Positions 1 to 13,722 of a DNA stretch of 64,000 nt are shown piece by piece. Under the pieces are notes generated by a model. That model had not been told where the DNA came from. It did not search any database and was given only the letters and a program-made list of their open reading frames with translations. The position numbers were made by a program, and so were the translations under genes. Every line of letters starts with the position of its first letter. The first letter of the stretch is position 1. The stretch comes from Trichinella spiralis (Eukaryota), in the NCBI RefSeq assembly GCF_000181795.1, contig NW_003526945.1:4097193-4161192 (forward strand). The letters are read 5' to 3'.

Positions 1-1630
1 CTCTTTATTTACTTAATGCCCTCTGTTTGAGGTGAAAATTTAATTGTAGCTTTGCCAAACGCATAAGCACTTCTCATTACACAATGACCCCCTCCATTGT
101 GTATGTTTGGTGGAGGTTGCTCCAAATGAATTCGTATGTTTCTGTGGTGATGCAGATATTAGAATTCATTTTGACGTAGTGAAGCCTCGCTATAGGCGTT
201 ATAGCCTCAAACTTAACAGCCCATTTATTGAATATCTACTGGGTAGTTTGTGTTGAAACCATAGAAAATGCTATCTTTTATCAATATAAAATTATAACAA
301 AAAAGTCGAAATTTTGAAAACAAATTTTTTTCCGATTTTCGCAAAATCAGCCATGTAGTCCATGAAATTTTGCAATTTTGGAGAAAAATCTCTTTCCCCA
401 AAAATTAATGCAATTAAATCATATCGGTAGAGAATTATCCTATAGCTACTATAAAATTATCCGGAATACTACTGATTGCGAACTTCTTGTAATATACCAA
501 AAAAAAGTGAACATTAAAATTGGATTTAATGAAATCGAAATAAAAAGAAATAAAAAATAAAAGCAAAATAGATAGGCATATCCGATGGTATCATTAATTT
601 CTACAACAAAATTATGAATTTTTTCACCAGTAAAAAGGAACTAATTTTAATAAGAATTGTTCCTGATTTTCATTTAAGCAACAGGAACTTTCAAAATTAA
701 AAACCTTTTTTCACTGAATATTTTTGATTTATTACAATTCATAAATAAGAATTATCCAAAATGGCCACATTAGAAAGCTATTTTCGTGCAATATGCAAGT
801 CTTTTTATTCTATAAATTTCAAATACTCAGACAGGCAACTTTATCAAATTTCTTAAAAAATCATTGATTGCGGGTTATTGTAAATTTCATACCTTTAATT
901 GGCACATAATTCCTTGTACTAATCGTAAAATTGTTTTACAATATGCCGTAGTTTCTGAGAAGCGTGGAATATGTTTCACTGTGCAATCTGGTGGATAGCT
1001 TTAATGATTATAAAAACTATAATGCATGAGCTGAATAATTTGAAATGAATTGTGAATTTATTTAATTCCAAGCATTTGTAATCAATTTTCTCCCCGGGCG
1101 ACTATATTAAAACTTATTATAATAAAAGTATTACAATGATTATGATAGTGAAGCACAATATTAAGTAAATGTTTGAAAGTGAATTTGTTTTCATAAGTTA
1201 TTATTCTTGATTTTGATTTATGCAAATATAAGCTATGCAATGAAAAGAGCAGAAAAGTGTAAAGCTGAAATGCACCATGCATATTACTGAAGTGATAAAA
1301 AACAGATAATGTTATTATTATTATTGTTCACTTGAATGTTTGCTGAATAGAGATTATTGCAGTTGTTGATGCTCCGCGTCGTCTGCGTCATGTTATTTAG
1401 TTTTGTCAATGTTACAACCGAACTGATCTGATTTCTACTTCTACATTTCTCATTATATTCATAAAATATTGCAGTGTATTAAAAACAAGCAAACTAAAAT
1501 GAATTTGTTTGTTTCATAAATTTTCAACGTATGCAATACGTGATAAATGCACGGAATTTCTAATCCAAATCATTTGAAATGTATTTCAATTCAATTCAGT
1601 TCAAAGCATTAGAAATGATATTAATAATAA

Positions 1631-4600
1631 TCATTCCTTTATTTTAGATAATAAGTTTTTGAGTGATCTTGTATGTTGAAAATTCGCACTTAAAAATTTA
1701 CACAGCTCTTCTGCAGTTAAATGTACAGCCAATGGGCCTGAACCATTTGCCCAACGTAATTCAACTTGGCTTACACTGGAATGAATAATGAAAAAAATTT
1801 CGTTGAAGCGTTGCCAATCTTTACAAACTGTTTCTATTTCTTCGGAGGTATCGATCTTGAAAATTAATAAACAAAATAAATAAATAATTATATATATATA
1901 TATATATATATAACTTATCGGTGAATTATGTAGAAATTATTACAATTATAATTGAAATCAATTATTAGCAATATTGTACATCAAAATAAATACAAATATG
2001 ACGTTATTAAACGAAATATGTTAAAATTTAAAAACACAACGTTAAAAATATTCATTCCGATCAGTCGCTTACTTCAAATAATTTTCTACATTTCGATATA
2101 AATGGTGATATAAGACTTTTCAAGTTTTTTCTCATAACACTGTTAAGAATGCCTATTTTCAAAATAGTATTACAGAAAAATTCCATTGATATACTGATCA
2201 GCTGACCAATTGCTGCCTGCCATATTTTCTTCGGCAATTTATGCTGCCATTTTATTTTCCATCGTTCATATTTTGCGTACAACAAATCCAAGCTTGTGTG
2301 ATACCCTTTAATGCGACCATTGTTCAACAAACCGTCAAATTCTGAATTAATTTAATATCAAATAAAATTATTATTCATCAAATCAACTGATTCACCTTCT
2401 AATGATTTTAAATACTTGTTTACAATTGTGCTGCAACTGTTGATATAAGCTTGAAACTGTAAAGTGGCTTCTCTACGTAAATCATGCAAAAGTTCCAAAA
2501 ATGGAAACTTCACTTGCTTCCTTCNNNNNNNNNNATAAGATGCATATATGACGTTATCAGCGAAATACGTAGAATATAAAAACACATCCTAGAACGTATT
2601 CAATCCGATCAGTCGCACAATCAAGTAAAGTTCTACATAGGGGGCTAATTGGAGGTATCGTAAATTTGAAGTTGCTTGCATAACGCTGTTAAGAATGCGT
2701 ATTTTCAATATAGTTTACAGAAAAATTCCATAGATATTCTGCTCGGATGACCAATTAAAGCTGCACATATATAGTTTGGCAATTTATGAAGCCAGTTTCT
2801 ATGCCTTTGTTCATATTAAGAGTACAACAAATTCAAGCTTGGGCGATACCCTTTAATGCGTCCATTGTTCAACAAACCGTCAAATTCTGTCATACTTTAA
2901 TATCAAGTAAAATTATTATTCATCAAATCATCAAGTTCACCTGGCAATGATTAAAAATAGAAGTTTACAAATGTAGTGCAACGGTGGATATAAGCATGAA
3001 AAAATAAAGAGGGTTCTTTAAGTAAATCATGCAAAAGTTCCAAAAATGGAAACTTCACGTTGCATCCTTCGCTCAGCAATTGCATACTGTTCACCAATAA
3101 GCAATGTGTCGCGTATAATGTGTCAACGTAACTCACCGCTAAAAAATAAAATATTATTCAAGCAATTATCAAGAAATAAGTTCAATCAATCAATATTAAT
3201 TTGAACATAATAAACAAAATTCCATATACTTGGATCATGATTGAAAAAATTCTCACGACCATCAGCACTGAAATATTTCAAACATTTGTAAAACGAAATA
3301 ATTTTTTCCACAATTTCAGCAGTGCAGATGGCCATTTCATCTCTTCCAACATTTACTGCTGGAGTATTTACAACAATGTCGCGAATGAGCAACATCAGCA
3401 TATATATGCCATTGCTAAATTAATTAAATTAACGCAAATTGAAAAATTAACAAATAATCCAATACCTAACGTAAATATGCTTCATTGTATAAAGCGGCAT
3501 TTTATCATTCAAATTGTTGTAATGTTTCATATATTGATCACGACTACTGGCATTCGATTTTACATTGAGCAGATTTTCAAAATCATTTTCAATAAGCACG
3601 TATTGATGAAATTCACTTTTACAAGTAAGAATAGAATAAGCCACATAAAACGATACATCTTTCATATGCTTCAAATAAATTCTTGTCATATTCTTTTCAA
3701 ATATTTCATACATTTCCAAGCAAGCTTTAGGCAAACCATTTCGCAGCAAATTTCTCAAGTAATCATCATGATGAATTTCCGACATTGATACTTGAAGCAT
3801 CGATAATACAGGATTCAACAATTCCATGACAACTACACGAAGCAGACAACGAACATCACATTTCAAAAGCTTTGCATAAAACTTGTCATCCAAATTTAAT
3901 TTAATGCTTACAAACTTTTCACAACGTGCGGTCCATGTTTCGATAAAATTTTGTAAAATATTCTTTGATTTATTTATAATTGCCGGTTGATAATATTCAT
4001 TAACAAACTTCAGAAAATATGTGCTGAAATTAGAAGAAAGATTTTGGCAGATTATCGCACTGAAAAACTTTTCATCCAACCGCTTTGATAAACATATTAG
4101 CATGCTGTTGAATAATTCGGCGATGTTAATTGAAAATATTGTTTTTCGTAATTTATGACGTGAAACACCAAATCTCAATTCAACAATATCTGAATTGCTT
4201 GTCAACCAAAACAATAGGGACCATTTTTCCTCCAAAATTCGCAAACAAGACATTTTGGGCGTTTCTGTATTCCACTTTAAACTAACATTACCGTTCATTG
4301 CCAATGATATCAAATCTGCTCTTTCCATCAAAATTTCTCCCATTCTACCAATATCGTTCATAATTGATCGCAAACAATAATCCCAAACAAAACCATCACT
4401 GCTGTCATCACAATAATTGCAAATTGTATCATAATCATTATAAAGACAATGGAAACGTTTAAATAAATCATTATAAAATTTTAATTCCTTTTCCTCTTCA
4501 GAACCAACTACTTTAACACCACAAACTGCAGCTTCATCAACCTGCTGCTTCCACTAAAAATTTTTATTTAAAAATAATTAATTACAAACAAAAACATATT

Positions 4601-5017
4601 ATAACAGCTCAATTAGTTTCTTCAAAAAAATATCGCATTATTATCAATTTATTTTAAAAAATACTTAAATTATACAACAGTAAAACAGCCATGCAAACTC
4701 AATACAAATAACACAATTGCTAAGTGTTAAATTAATTACATTACGTTGTTAAGAAGGCAAAGTTATGCATGCAATCATTTAAATAAATATGTATTCAGAT
4801 GAAAAGTGGAAAATAAATTATAACAGTGTCACCACTTGAATGTTTTATATCATTCCATTTTCAGAAAATAATAATAATAATAACAATAACTTACGCTAGC
4901 AGATGCTACATCTTTTCCACAATTGTACTTTTCAGTCAAAGCTTCTCTCAATCTATTCTCCAATCGATGCTTCAACATCTGCACCGTTAATGAAATATTC
5001 ATTCTTGAATCCATCAT
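1631..5017 (-). CDS. ZW10: Divergent ZW10 (kinetochore RZZ / NRZ complex) homolog, about 5 exons; the fourth exon crosses an assembly gap with a falsely duplicated segment
   Basis: Exons approx 5017-4895, 4553-3465, 3414-3230, 3138-2073 (gap) and 1855-1631. The last exon reads ...ELRWANGSGPLAVHLTAEELCKFLSANFQHTRSLKNLLSKIKE*, matching the ZW10 C-terminus ([32 protein letters not shown]...LAKIK). KWQHKLPKKIWQAAIGQLI resembles ZW10 WQDVLPVNIYCKAMGTLL. Confidence 0.75.
2041..3069. other. Assembly gap (N x10 at 2525-2534) flanked by two copies of the same ~480 bp, probably an unmerged overlap
   Basis: 2041-2524 is repeated at ~2577-3069. The right copy carries indels and stops, and the left copy deviates in the bases next to the Ns. 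Confidence 0.8.
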
Positions 5018-6022
5018 TATTCGACCACAAAAAATATCAAACAAATGAAATATCTCGAAAATTTTTAATCCAGTCTTATTTGTCGCTGTATTCACAATGA
5101 CAACAACGAAACCAACTAAATTGCTAAAAGAAAAAGATGGTCAACAACAATTTAGCGTTGGAAAATTTTAAACTTTAAAAAGCACAAGTTCAATATTTGC
5201 TTTAAACATATGATAACAATTTCATATTTTTATTAAACCATAAATGCACGTAAACTATAGATAATTAGTTTTATCTCTCAAATTATGAACAACTGTTAAA
5301 GGATAGATTTGAATTTCACTTTTTTATTGGCAAATACAGAATTAATAAATGCAATTAATTTTTGAAAAATACTTTTATCTCTATAATATTCAATATATTC
5401 ATGTATTAGAGTAAGAAACTTTTTACTTTCAGTTAATTCTTCAGAATACTGACGCCAAATAAAACAACACATATTATGCTTTCTTGGATTGTAGATCATG
5501 TTCACAAGAAATTACTATTCAATTCAGTTACTTTATTAATTACAATTCATATGCAAAATTAAATATTTCGAATGCTACCTGTTGTGTAACACTTTTCCAT
5601 CTCCAGTGAAAACGTCTACCACTACCGCATTCTCTTGTTTCAGTTCAGCAAGCTTTCAGCTTCAATAACTCTGCATCAGTCTCAGTAAAATACTAATATG
5701 CAGCGATGACATTCACTAAAATCAACAATATTTTATATTCATAAATTTCCCTAATGTATAATTCGTAGCATTCAAACTGACTTCATAACTACGGTCCATA
5801 ATATTTCAAAAATTCTTCATCCAACAGTATAGATTGTTGGGCATAATAAATTCAGTTTAATAACATAACGATTAACAAAAATTACATAAAAATAACGATA
5901 ATACAAATTAGAAAAACTGAAAAAGGAACACAAAAAAATTCAAACTAATTGAAAAAAAAATAATTTCCTCGAACAATAATATAAGAATAATTTGATATTA
6001 TATATATATAATATCAAATTAC

Positions 6023-7374
<1,352 letters not shown>

Positions 7375-8499
7375 CAGTCAACTGTACTGTAAAATACAGT
7401 ACACTTCCTTAAACAGAGAGAAAACATTTTCAAAAACAAACCAGCAAACTAAACCTTTTCCAAACATTTTCTTAGTCTAATAATCAAGAATCAACTAAGC
7501 AACTTATGGAAACAACTGAAAAAATTATTCTTCTTCAACAGAGATAAAGTCGATTGGATAAATTTCACAAACATCTCGTTATTCTGCAAAGATTGTCTGT
7601 CTCACCTAGGCAGTTTTATTTCAAAACTTGTGATTTGTCAAAGCAATATCTATAGTCTAATTTGTCGGACATAATTCAGAAAAACAGAAAAATCATTTCA
7701 TCATTCAACATCCATTATTATTATGATTATTTTATTTTTTATTTTAATTTGATGTAAAATTGTGTAAAACGGAAAATAAAAATTATGCGACATGTTATAA
7801 TGGTTATCAATTACATGATAATTATGAGAATTACTATTCGAAAATTAGCAAATGGGAGCTGGTAAATAAGAGAAATGTTTTATGCTTAGTTGGAAAAGTG
7901 AGCCCAATTTTCATAAATTTGGAAAACAGGCGACAAAACCAGCTATACACTTACAGTAACCAATGATCAGTTTCCCACATTACAAAAGACCTTTAATCAA
8001 TCAAAAGTGTATAACATTATTCATTACCCCTTCCACGAGATCACTTTCTGATAATCTGAATATGCTAATGAAATCTGAAAATAATACAATTAAAGAAATG
8101 AAAACATTTTTACCATATGCTTTTGTGATTTGCAAGGAACAATAGGGCAAACGTAAAGCGTCAGTGGAAAAGTTTCAAATTTCGAAGCTACTTTGATGTC
8201 GAACCAGACCTGAAAAACTTTAAAATATAGGAACGAAATATAAATTACTCTACAAAAGTATTTTTACCGAAACTTATAAAATTTCAAACAAAATTAATAA
8301 TAAACAACTGCAATATGAATATTGCTATTTTGAATGCAACACATTTCATTTTGAAATAAAATATTGAAAAGTTAATCACTTAAATTAGTTAACATTACAA
8401 ACAATTCTAAAAGATATACTACAATATACCAAAAACATTTCTGCACAATTTGACAACGATGAATTTCAAAAACAGTTTAATTCATTTTTTATCAGTTCG

Positions 8500-8790
8500 A
8501 ATTACAATAATCTGAAAAAGTACATCAAAATTTGACGTACGAGATAAATCAGAAATACATTACAAAGTAGAAACAAATAGCGTTGTAATAACGCCAAATT
8601 TAAGAATTCATTTCGAAAATCTTCAAGTAATTTTGTCGCTTCTGCGATTGTAAGCATTGCATACGGGTGTAGACACTGAGCAATATAAGCACAAAAACCA
8701 CTGAAATATAAATGTTTGAACAATCCCTTTACACAATTGCAATCCAAACACATTAACACAGTTCTTATAAATCGACCGTCCAAATAAACG
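8500..8790 (-). pseudogene. Fragment of an unknown gene family, paralog of 12930-13280
   Basis: FCAYIAQCLHPYAMLTIAEATKLLEDFRNEFLNL aligns with FRAYIDQALHPYAMHTIAEAKKLLENFRNEF*NL at 12972-13175. Confidence 0.55.
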
Positions 8791-8905
8791 CAATGTCAAG
8801 TAATGAACTAATGCTTAAAATTGAAATGAATTGTTTAAAATTAATTAACTAAAAAGTAATCTCATAATTACAAATTTTAAAAATTATAAATATTAGAAAG
8901 TAATT

Positions 8906-9028
8906 GTAGTGAGAACTCTCGAAGTTAAAAGCTTTATTCGACAGAACGCAGACAACATTTAGATATGATTATACAATAATATCGCCAGTACACAGAGGAA
9001 ATCAGGTGTAAAATGCATATATGCTACA
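8906..9028 (-). repeat. 3' LTR
   Basis: TGTAGTGAGAA...AATCAGGTGTAAAATGCATATATGCTACA, homologous to 12579-12687. Confidence 0.7.
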
Positions 9029-9289
9029 GCAACCAGCACATTTTCCATAAGTTTAGTATTAAACGTCATCTTGTAAGTATATTCGTATTCTGCGTATTTA
9101 TTGCGGAATGTCGTGGAGAAGAATGCAGCGAATCAACATTTGGAAATGCTTCACAACGGTGTCTTTTCTTCGCCTCCACCTCTAGGACATAAGTGGGGTT
9201 TCAGGTATCACTGCAATCTGCTGTCGTACCAGTGAATTTATCACACTTTCATCCGTGTTCGCTACGACAAAACAAGCGCAAAGCATGCG

Positions 9290-10040
9290 GCGAAAGCCGG
9301 ATTTGTTGAAGCAGTAAATCATTGTGTCGACTTGGTTGAATTCCAAGCAGGATTTAAGAAATTCATCGCATTCAGTACTGAAATTTTCTTTGGCGTTTCT
9401 AGTGAAGCTAACCTGTCATACACAACTCTTTTTCTATAACACTGCTTTACACATCGAATGATGCCTTGATCAAGCGGCTGAAGGTGACTCGTGAATTTTG
9501 TTAGAAAAAAGAGTATCTTCACACTCATTCAGATATGACGTATCAGAGAGATGAGCAGGGTACTGGTCCATGAAAAGCAAAATTTTTCTCTTCATCAACT
9601 CTTTCATTTTGGCATCCAACATTCGCAAAAAGTATCCAAAAATACCCATTGTCATTCATGACTTACAGTTTGCATGATATGCACACGGAGAGGTCCGGAC
9701 ATTTTTAAAGCACGCTAATTTTTTTACTCCGCCTATGTATAACCAGCGGCCTAGCATCTCCGGCCCAAATTCATTGCAGCACAGCAGGACAGTGAGTCTT
9801 TCTTTGTCTACTTTAACGCCACTGCAATTTTCACTTTTCAAAATGAGAGTTTTGTTCGGCAATATACAGTAAAATAGACCCATCTCGTCGGCATTAAAAA
9901 CGTCATCAGGGCGGTAATCGTTAAGCAGAACTTTCAATCGGTCCTTCCATGCGTCAACCGCGTACATATTCACTTCACCACAAACACTGCGGTACACAAG
10001 ATCATGTTTCTGTCTAAATCTGCTTGTTAACGACAAAACT
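9290..10040 (-). mobile_element. pogo/Tigger (DDE_1) transposase pseudogene lying between the two LTRs
   Basis: VFNADEMGLFY, KERLTVLLCCN, KILLFMDQYPAH, SHLQPLDQGII. TGA in place of the conserved W (CKS*MT) at 9656, and a frameshift near 9530. Confidence 0.9.
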
Positions 10041-10835
10041 CGATCGCCTGAGCGTTAGTGGAGTGTATTATTATTCACGCGAAAGGTCAACGTTATTTGA
10101 CTGTCCAACCGCTGATTGTCCCCGTTCGTTCCGAACGTGACGAGAGAACAAAGCAGTAACGGGTATACATCATCGAAGATTCTACAACAAATAACAGTGT
10201 CAACAATACCAGAGAATTTTACGAAGGTCAGATTACCGAAATAACGCCAAAACCAAACTACCACGATTTCGAATAACAAGATGATACACAGACGCACGCA
10301 ATACACGCTATATATATAATCATTACGTCATCTACCGTAGGCCACTACCGTAACAAGGAACGCAGGTACTGATTCGCAGGAGTCCGTAAGCGACCAAAGA
10401 ATTTCCAACATTGCTAATCCATTTATTCGGCGCTCTCAATGGATTAGGTCATTAACGACATCGTTGGGTTTCCAGGACATTAGTCCCATTCAAGGTGCTA
10501 TCAGTCAGAAGAGAAGGATTTACCTGTCGGCGTTCTTCCTTGATAGACAAAGAGGCACTCGTAGGGTGTAGTGTTGATTGCTGTCGCAGCAATAAACGTG
10601 CAATGCCGGTACAATCATTTCCTCCAGTAATTCAACACGTAATTGCTGAGACCTCAAACGCCATGGCAACTGCCTTCCATATGACACCGTTGTAGTTTTG
10701 TGTTCGACCATTTCCTCGCAAATTGTAAGCTGTCGTATGATTGGTAGCCATGCCGAGCGAGTGCAAATGTGTTTTCAATCATATGACATATATGTGGCAC
10801 CACAATCCGTGCAAACATACGCTGCCATACCAAAT

Positions 10836-11167
10836 AAGTAAAAATGTTGGGCCAGGCACATGATGACGGGTTTTCAGCTCTGTAGTCAGTGGACTGCTCA
10901 CGGGAATCTGGAATATTCATCTTCAACTGCTAATATGAATAGATTACTTGACACGGATGGCAGTGGTCTTTGAAGTCGATGTTTACCCGTTCAAATGAGC
11001 GGAAGTAAAAATGCTGGGTCAGGCATTTCATGACAGTTTTGCACAAGTTCTGTTGTCATTGGCATATTCGCAGAAATCTGGAATATTCCTCTACAGCTGC
11101 TAATATGCATCGATTTCTTCATACGGATGGCAGTGGTCTTTGAAATCGATGCTTAATCGTTCAAATG
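10836..11167 (-). repeat. Tandem duplication (~167 bp x2) of the integrase core N-terminal segment
   Basis: 10836-10997 and 11003-11167 share ACGGATGGCAGTGGTCTTTGAA, ATCTGGAATATTC and CTGCTAATATG. Confidence 0.8.
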
Positions 11168-12578
11168 GGGGCAGTTGCCTTGATCAAATTTCCGGAGTTG
11201 CTTTCATGTACGTACGTTTCGTACGAACAGAAATACGGATGTACTGATATACTTTCGAATTTCATCAGTTGTAAGCGGACAGGTTTTATTTCTTACATAT
11301 TGAGTGAATCATACCAGTTACTCATTGAAAACACAGGATGTTATGAAGAATTTGCAATGCAACTTTGTCTTCTTGCAAGCTACCGCAGATTCCAAAGAGA
11401 TCATCCGCCACTGTATTTAATTCGCTGGCACAGTATATGATGTTATAGCTGTGGAGTGATCGGCCTAAGATATCTTGACCGATGATAACTTCGGTGAACA
11501 AGTTCGACAGAACATGTAGTCTGGAGTTGGCATAGTGAAAACCACGCAATTCCATGCCATCCATTGCATAGCCTGTAAGCTTTGACCGAAAAGAAGTCAT
11601 AAGTATCTTTCCACCAGTCGGTAATATTCTTAATTTCACAGTTTCGCATAATCGTTCGTCGACGAAACTTAGTAGCTGACAGTATCTATCAGAGCTGTGA
11701 CATTTGCCCAGTTAATCTTAGCTTCTTCTATAGCTTTCTTCAATTCAGTAACTGCTGTCTGACAGAAAGAACAAATTAATGAGGTCTGTCGAAGCAGAAG
11801 CAGTTTTTCTACAAGCGCTTCTGTATACTTTCGCACAGTGGCTTACATTTCCACAGTTGTTACATGTAGCTCTTCTGGCCGCAGTACACAGAAGCCGCGG
11901 TCTTCTGCAAAAATAGCACTTTTGTTTAACTGTAGCAGACATAACAGTCCTTTCAGACGAAAGAGTTTCTCATGACTTGATTTTTCCGTGCCAAAGTTTC
12001 TACTGCTCACATAGTTAATCGGTTTGGACGTAGTGTAGGCTTTTGCATTTTCTTTGGCGGAATTTAGAGTCAATGCCTTATCTGTGGCCTCTTGCAAAGT
12101 TAGCCCACAGTGTTCCAGAAGTCAAGTGCAAATTTTACTGGATCTCATACTGTTCATAAAGCCGTTGCGGACCATTTCTTCTCGGTACTGTTCCGCAGAG
12201 ACTCTTGAACTCGCACTTCTTATTCAGTCGATCGAGAGCATGCAGAACTCTTCAAGCAGTTCATTATTTCGGTGCTTCGTCGAGATGAATTCATACCTTG
12301 CGAAAATTACATTCTTCGGTTCAAGACAAACTTCGTTCACTTTCGATACTGCTTCGTCGTAACTTTTTCAGTCTAACACATATTCGAAAGTGGATGCGGT
12401 TAGATCGAAAATTGAGATCATCAACCTGTCCATCCCAGGATTAGCATTCAGTTGAACAAAATCTTTGAATTGCATCAGCCAGAATTTCCATTCTCGTTCA
12501 TCATTCGGAGTTGTGGGATCGATAGCGAATTTGTTCGGAATAAACTACTTATTCATGATAGTCGAATATGTAATCAAC

Positions 12579-12687
12579 TGTAATGAGAAATCAAACTTTA
12601 ATAGACAAACACCCCAGAGTTAGATGTGATTACACAATAATTTCGACAGTATATAAAGGTAATCAGGTGCAAGATCTGTACGTTACA
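12579..12687 (-). repeat. 5' LTR
   Basis: TGTAATGAGAA...AATCAGGTGCAAGATCTGTACGTTACA, about 20 bp upstream of the gag ATG at 12556. Confidence 0.7.
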
Positions 12688-12929
12688 GTATCTAGTACAG
12701 TAATTTAGGAAGCTAATTTTTGCATAGAATAGAAAAAAATTGACAGCATATAATTGAATTGACAGCATAAAAAAATTGATAGAAAAAAATTATTTGAATA
12801 ATTTTATTCATTATTTATTAATTCAAATTTTGTTTCAAACATCAAACATTTCAAAATTCAATGATCAATATAGTCATTCAAAGTAAACATCAACATTTCC
12901 GATAAAAGAATAATCGGAAGTACATGTTG

Positions 12930-13280
12930 TACAACATAAAAAATAAACAAATAACGTAATAATGTCAAGTTTCAGAATTCATTTCGAAAATTTTCAAGTA
13001 ATTTTTTCGCTTCTGCAATAGTATGCATTGCGTATGGGTGTAGAGCTTGATCAATGTAAGCACGAAAAGTATTGAAGAATAAATCTGTTTGAGCAATCCC
13101 TTCAGACAATCTCAAGCCAAACATCTTAACATAGAAGGCAGCTTGTTTTACGGATGACTCCACTGGGTTCTTCAATTCAACATTTGAGCATCACTCATCA
13201 CCATTGTACGTGGCATGAAATGCATCCAACTCTTGTTTCTTTTCTCGGTATTCATCCGCAAAACCTTTGAAATCAGTCAT
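12930..13280 (-). pseudogene. Pseudogene of an unknown family (paralog of 8500-8790)
   Basis: MTDFKGFADEYREKKQELDAFHATYNGDE*CSNVELKNPV...NEF*NL. In-frame TGA at 13191 and 12972; the latter is Leu (TTA) in the other copy. Confidence 0.55.
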
Positions 13281-13537
13281 GAAGGTTTCCAATCTGTTCA
13301 GTGTTATTGTGCAGAAAGAAACGCACTCGTGCATACTGCTCAATTACCTCGCGACCAAAGAAAACTGAGAACGCAACTGAACAAACAGCAAAAGCAACAG
13401 CAATAATAACAGCGGTTGATGTGACGTACTTTCATTGTAATGCATTTTAAAGTTACGCATATTTTAAATTCATTTCTGTTAAAGTTTCAAGCAATGGCTT
13501 AAACTGCATTAAAAGCTGAAATATTTTATGTAATATA

Positions 13538-13722
13538 CAGCAAAATTGCGTTATAATGAATACCGATATAACGAAATATTTGATACAACGAAAATTTTTG
13601 GATTCCCTAGCAATTTCTTAATAAATTGCACAGATTTAGAGTAAATCTCAATACAACCAAATATTCGTTACAACAAAAAAATCACGAATCCCCTCCGAGT
13701 TTGTAGAAACGGAATTTTACTG
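13538..13722. mobile_element. pogo/Tigger-type MITE (~185 bp)
   Basis: TA|CAGCAAAATTGCGTT ... AACGGAATTTTACTG|TA terminal inverted repeats with TA duplication; internal GATAYAACGAA-like subterminal repeats. Confidence 0.75.

Larger units (their letters stand above)
8906..12687 (-). mobile_element. Decayed Ty3/gypsy (Mag-like) LTR retrotransposon: gag, zinc knuckles, protease and integrase; RT/RNaseH not seen
   Basis: Diverged direct repeats with TG...CA ends (8906-9028 and 12579-12687). gag from 12556 (IDPTTPNDEREWKFW..., PKNVIFARYEF). Cys knuckles CYFC...CNNCGNVSHCAKV; protease ALIDT; integrase APFERLSIDFK and YNGVIWKAV. Many stops and frameshifts. Confidence 0.8.

Noticed and set aside
3201..3788. 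195-aa plus-strand ORF, and other antisense ORFs such as 45221-45643 and 59088-59606
   Set aside because: These are shadows of real genes on the opposite strand.
5570..5720. Exon-like minus-strand relic resembling helicase motif IV (RCILVF..TETDAELL)
   Set aside because: It needs two frameshifts and is too short to support a call.
7930..8215. Minus-strand exon-like pieces with splice signals (VWFDIKVASKF...)
   Set aside because: Phases are incompatible and no product was recognised.
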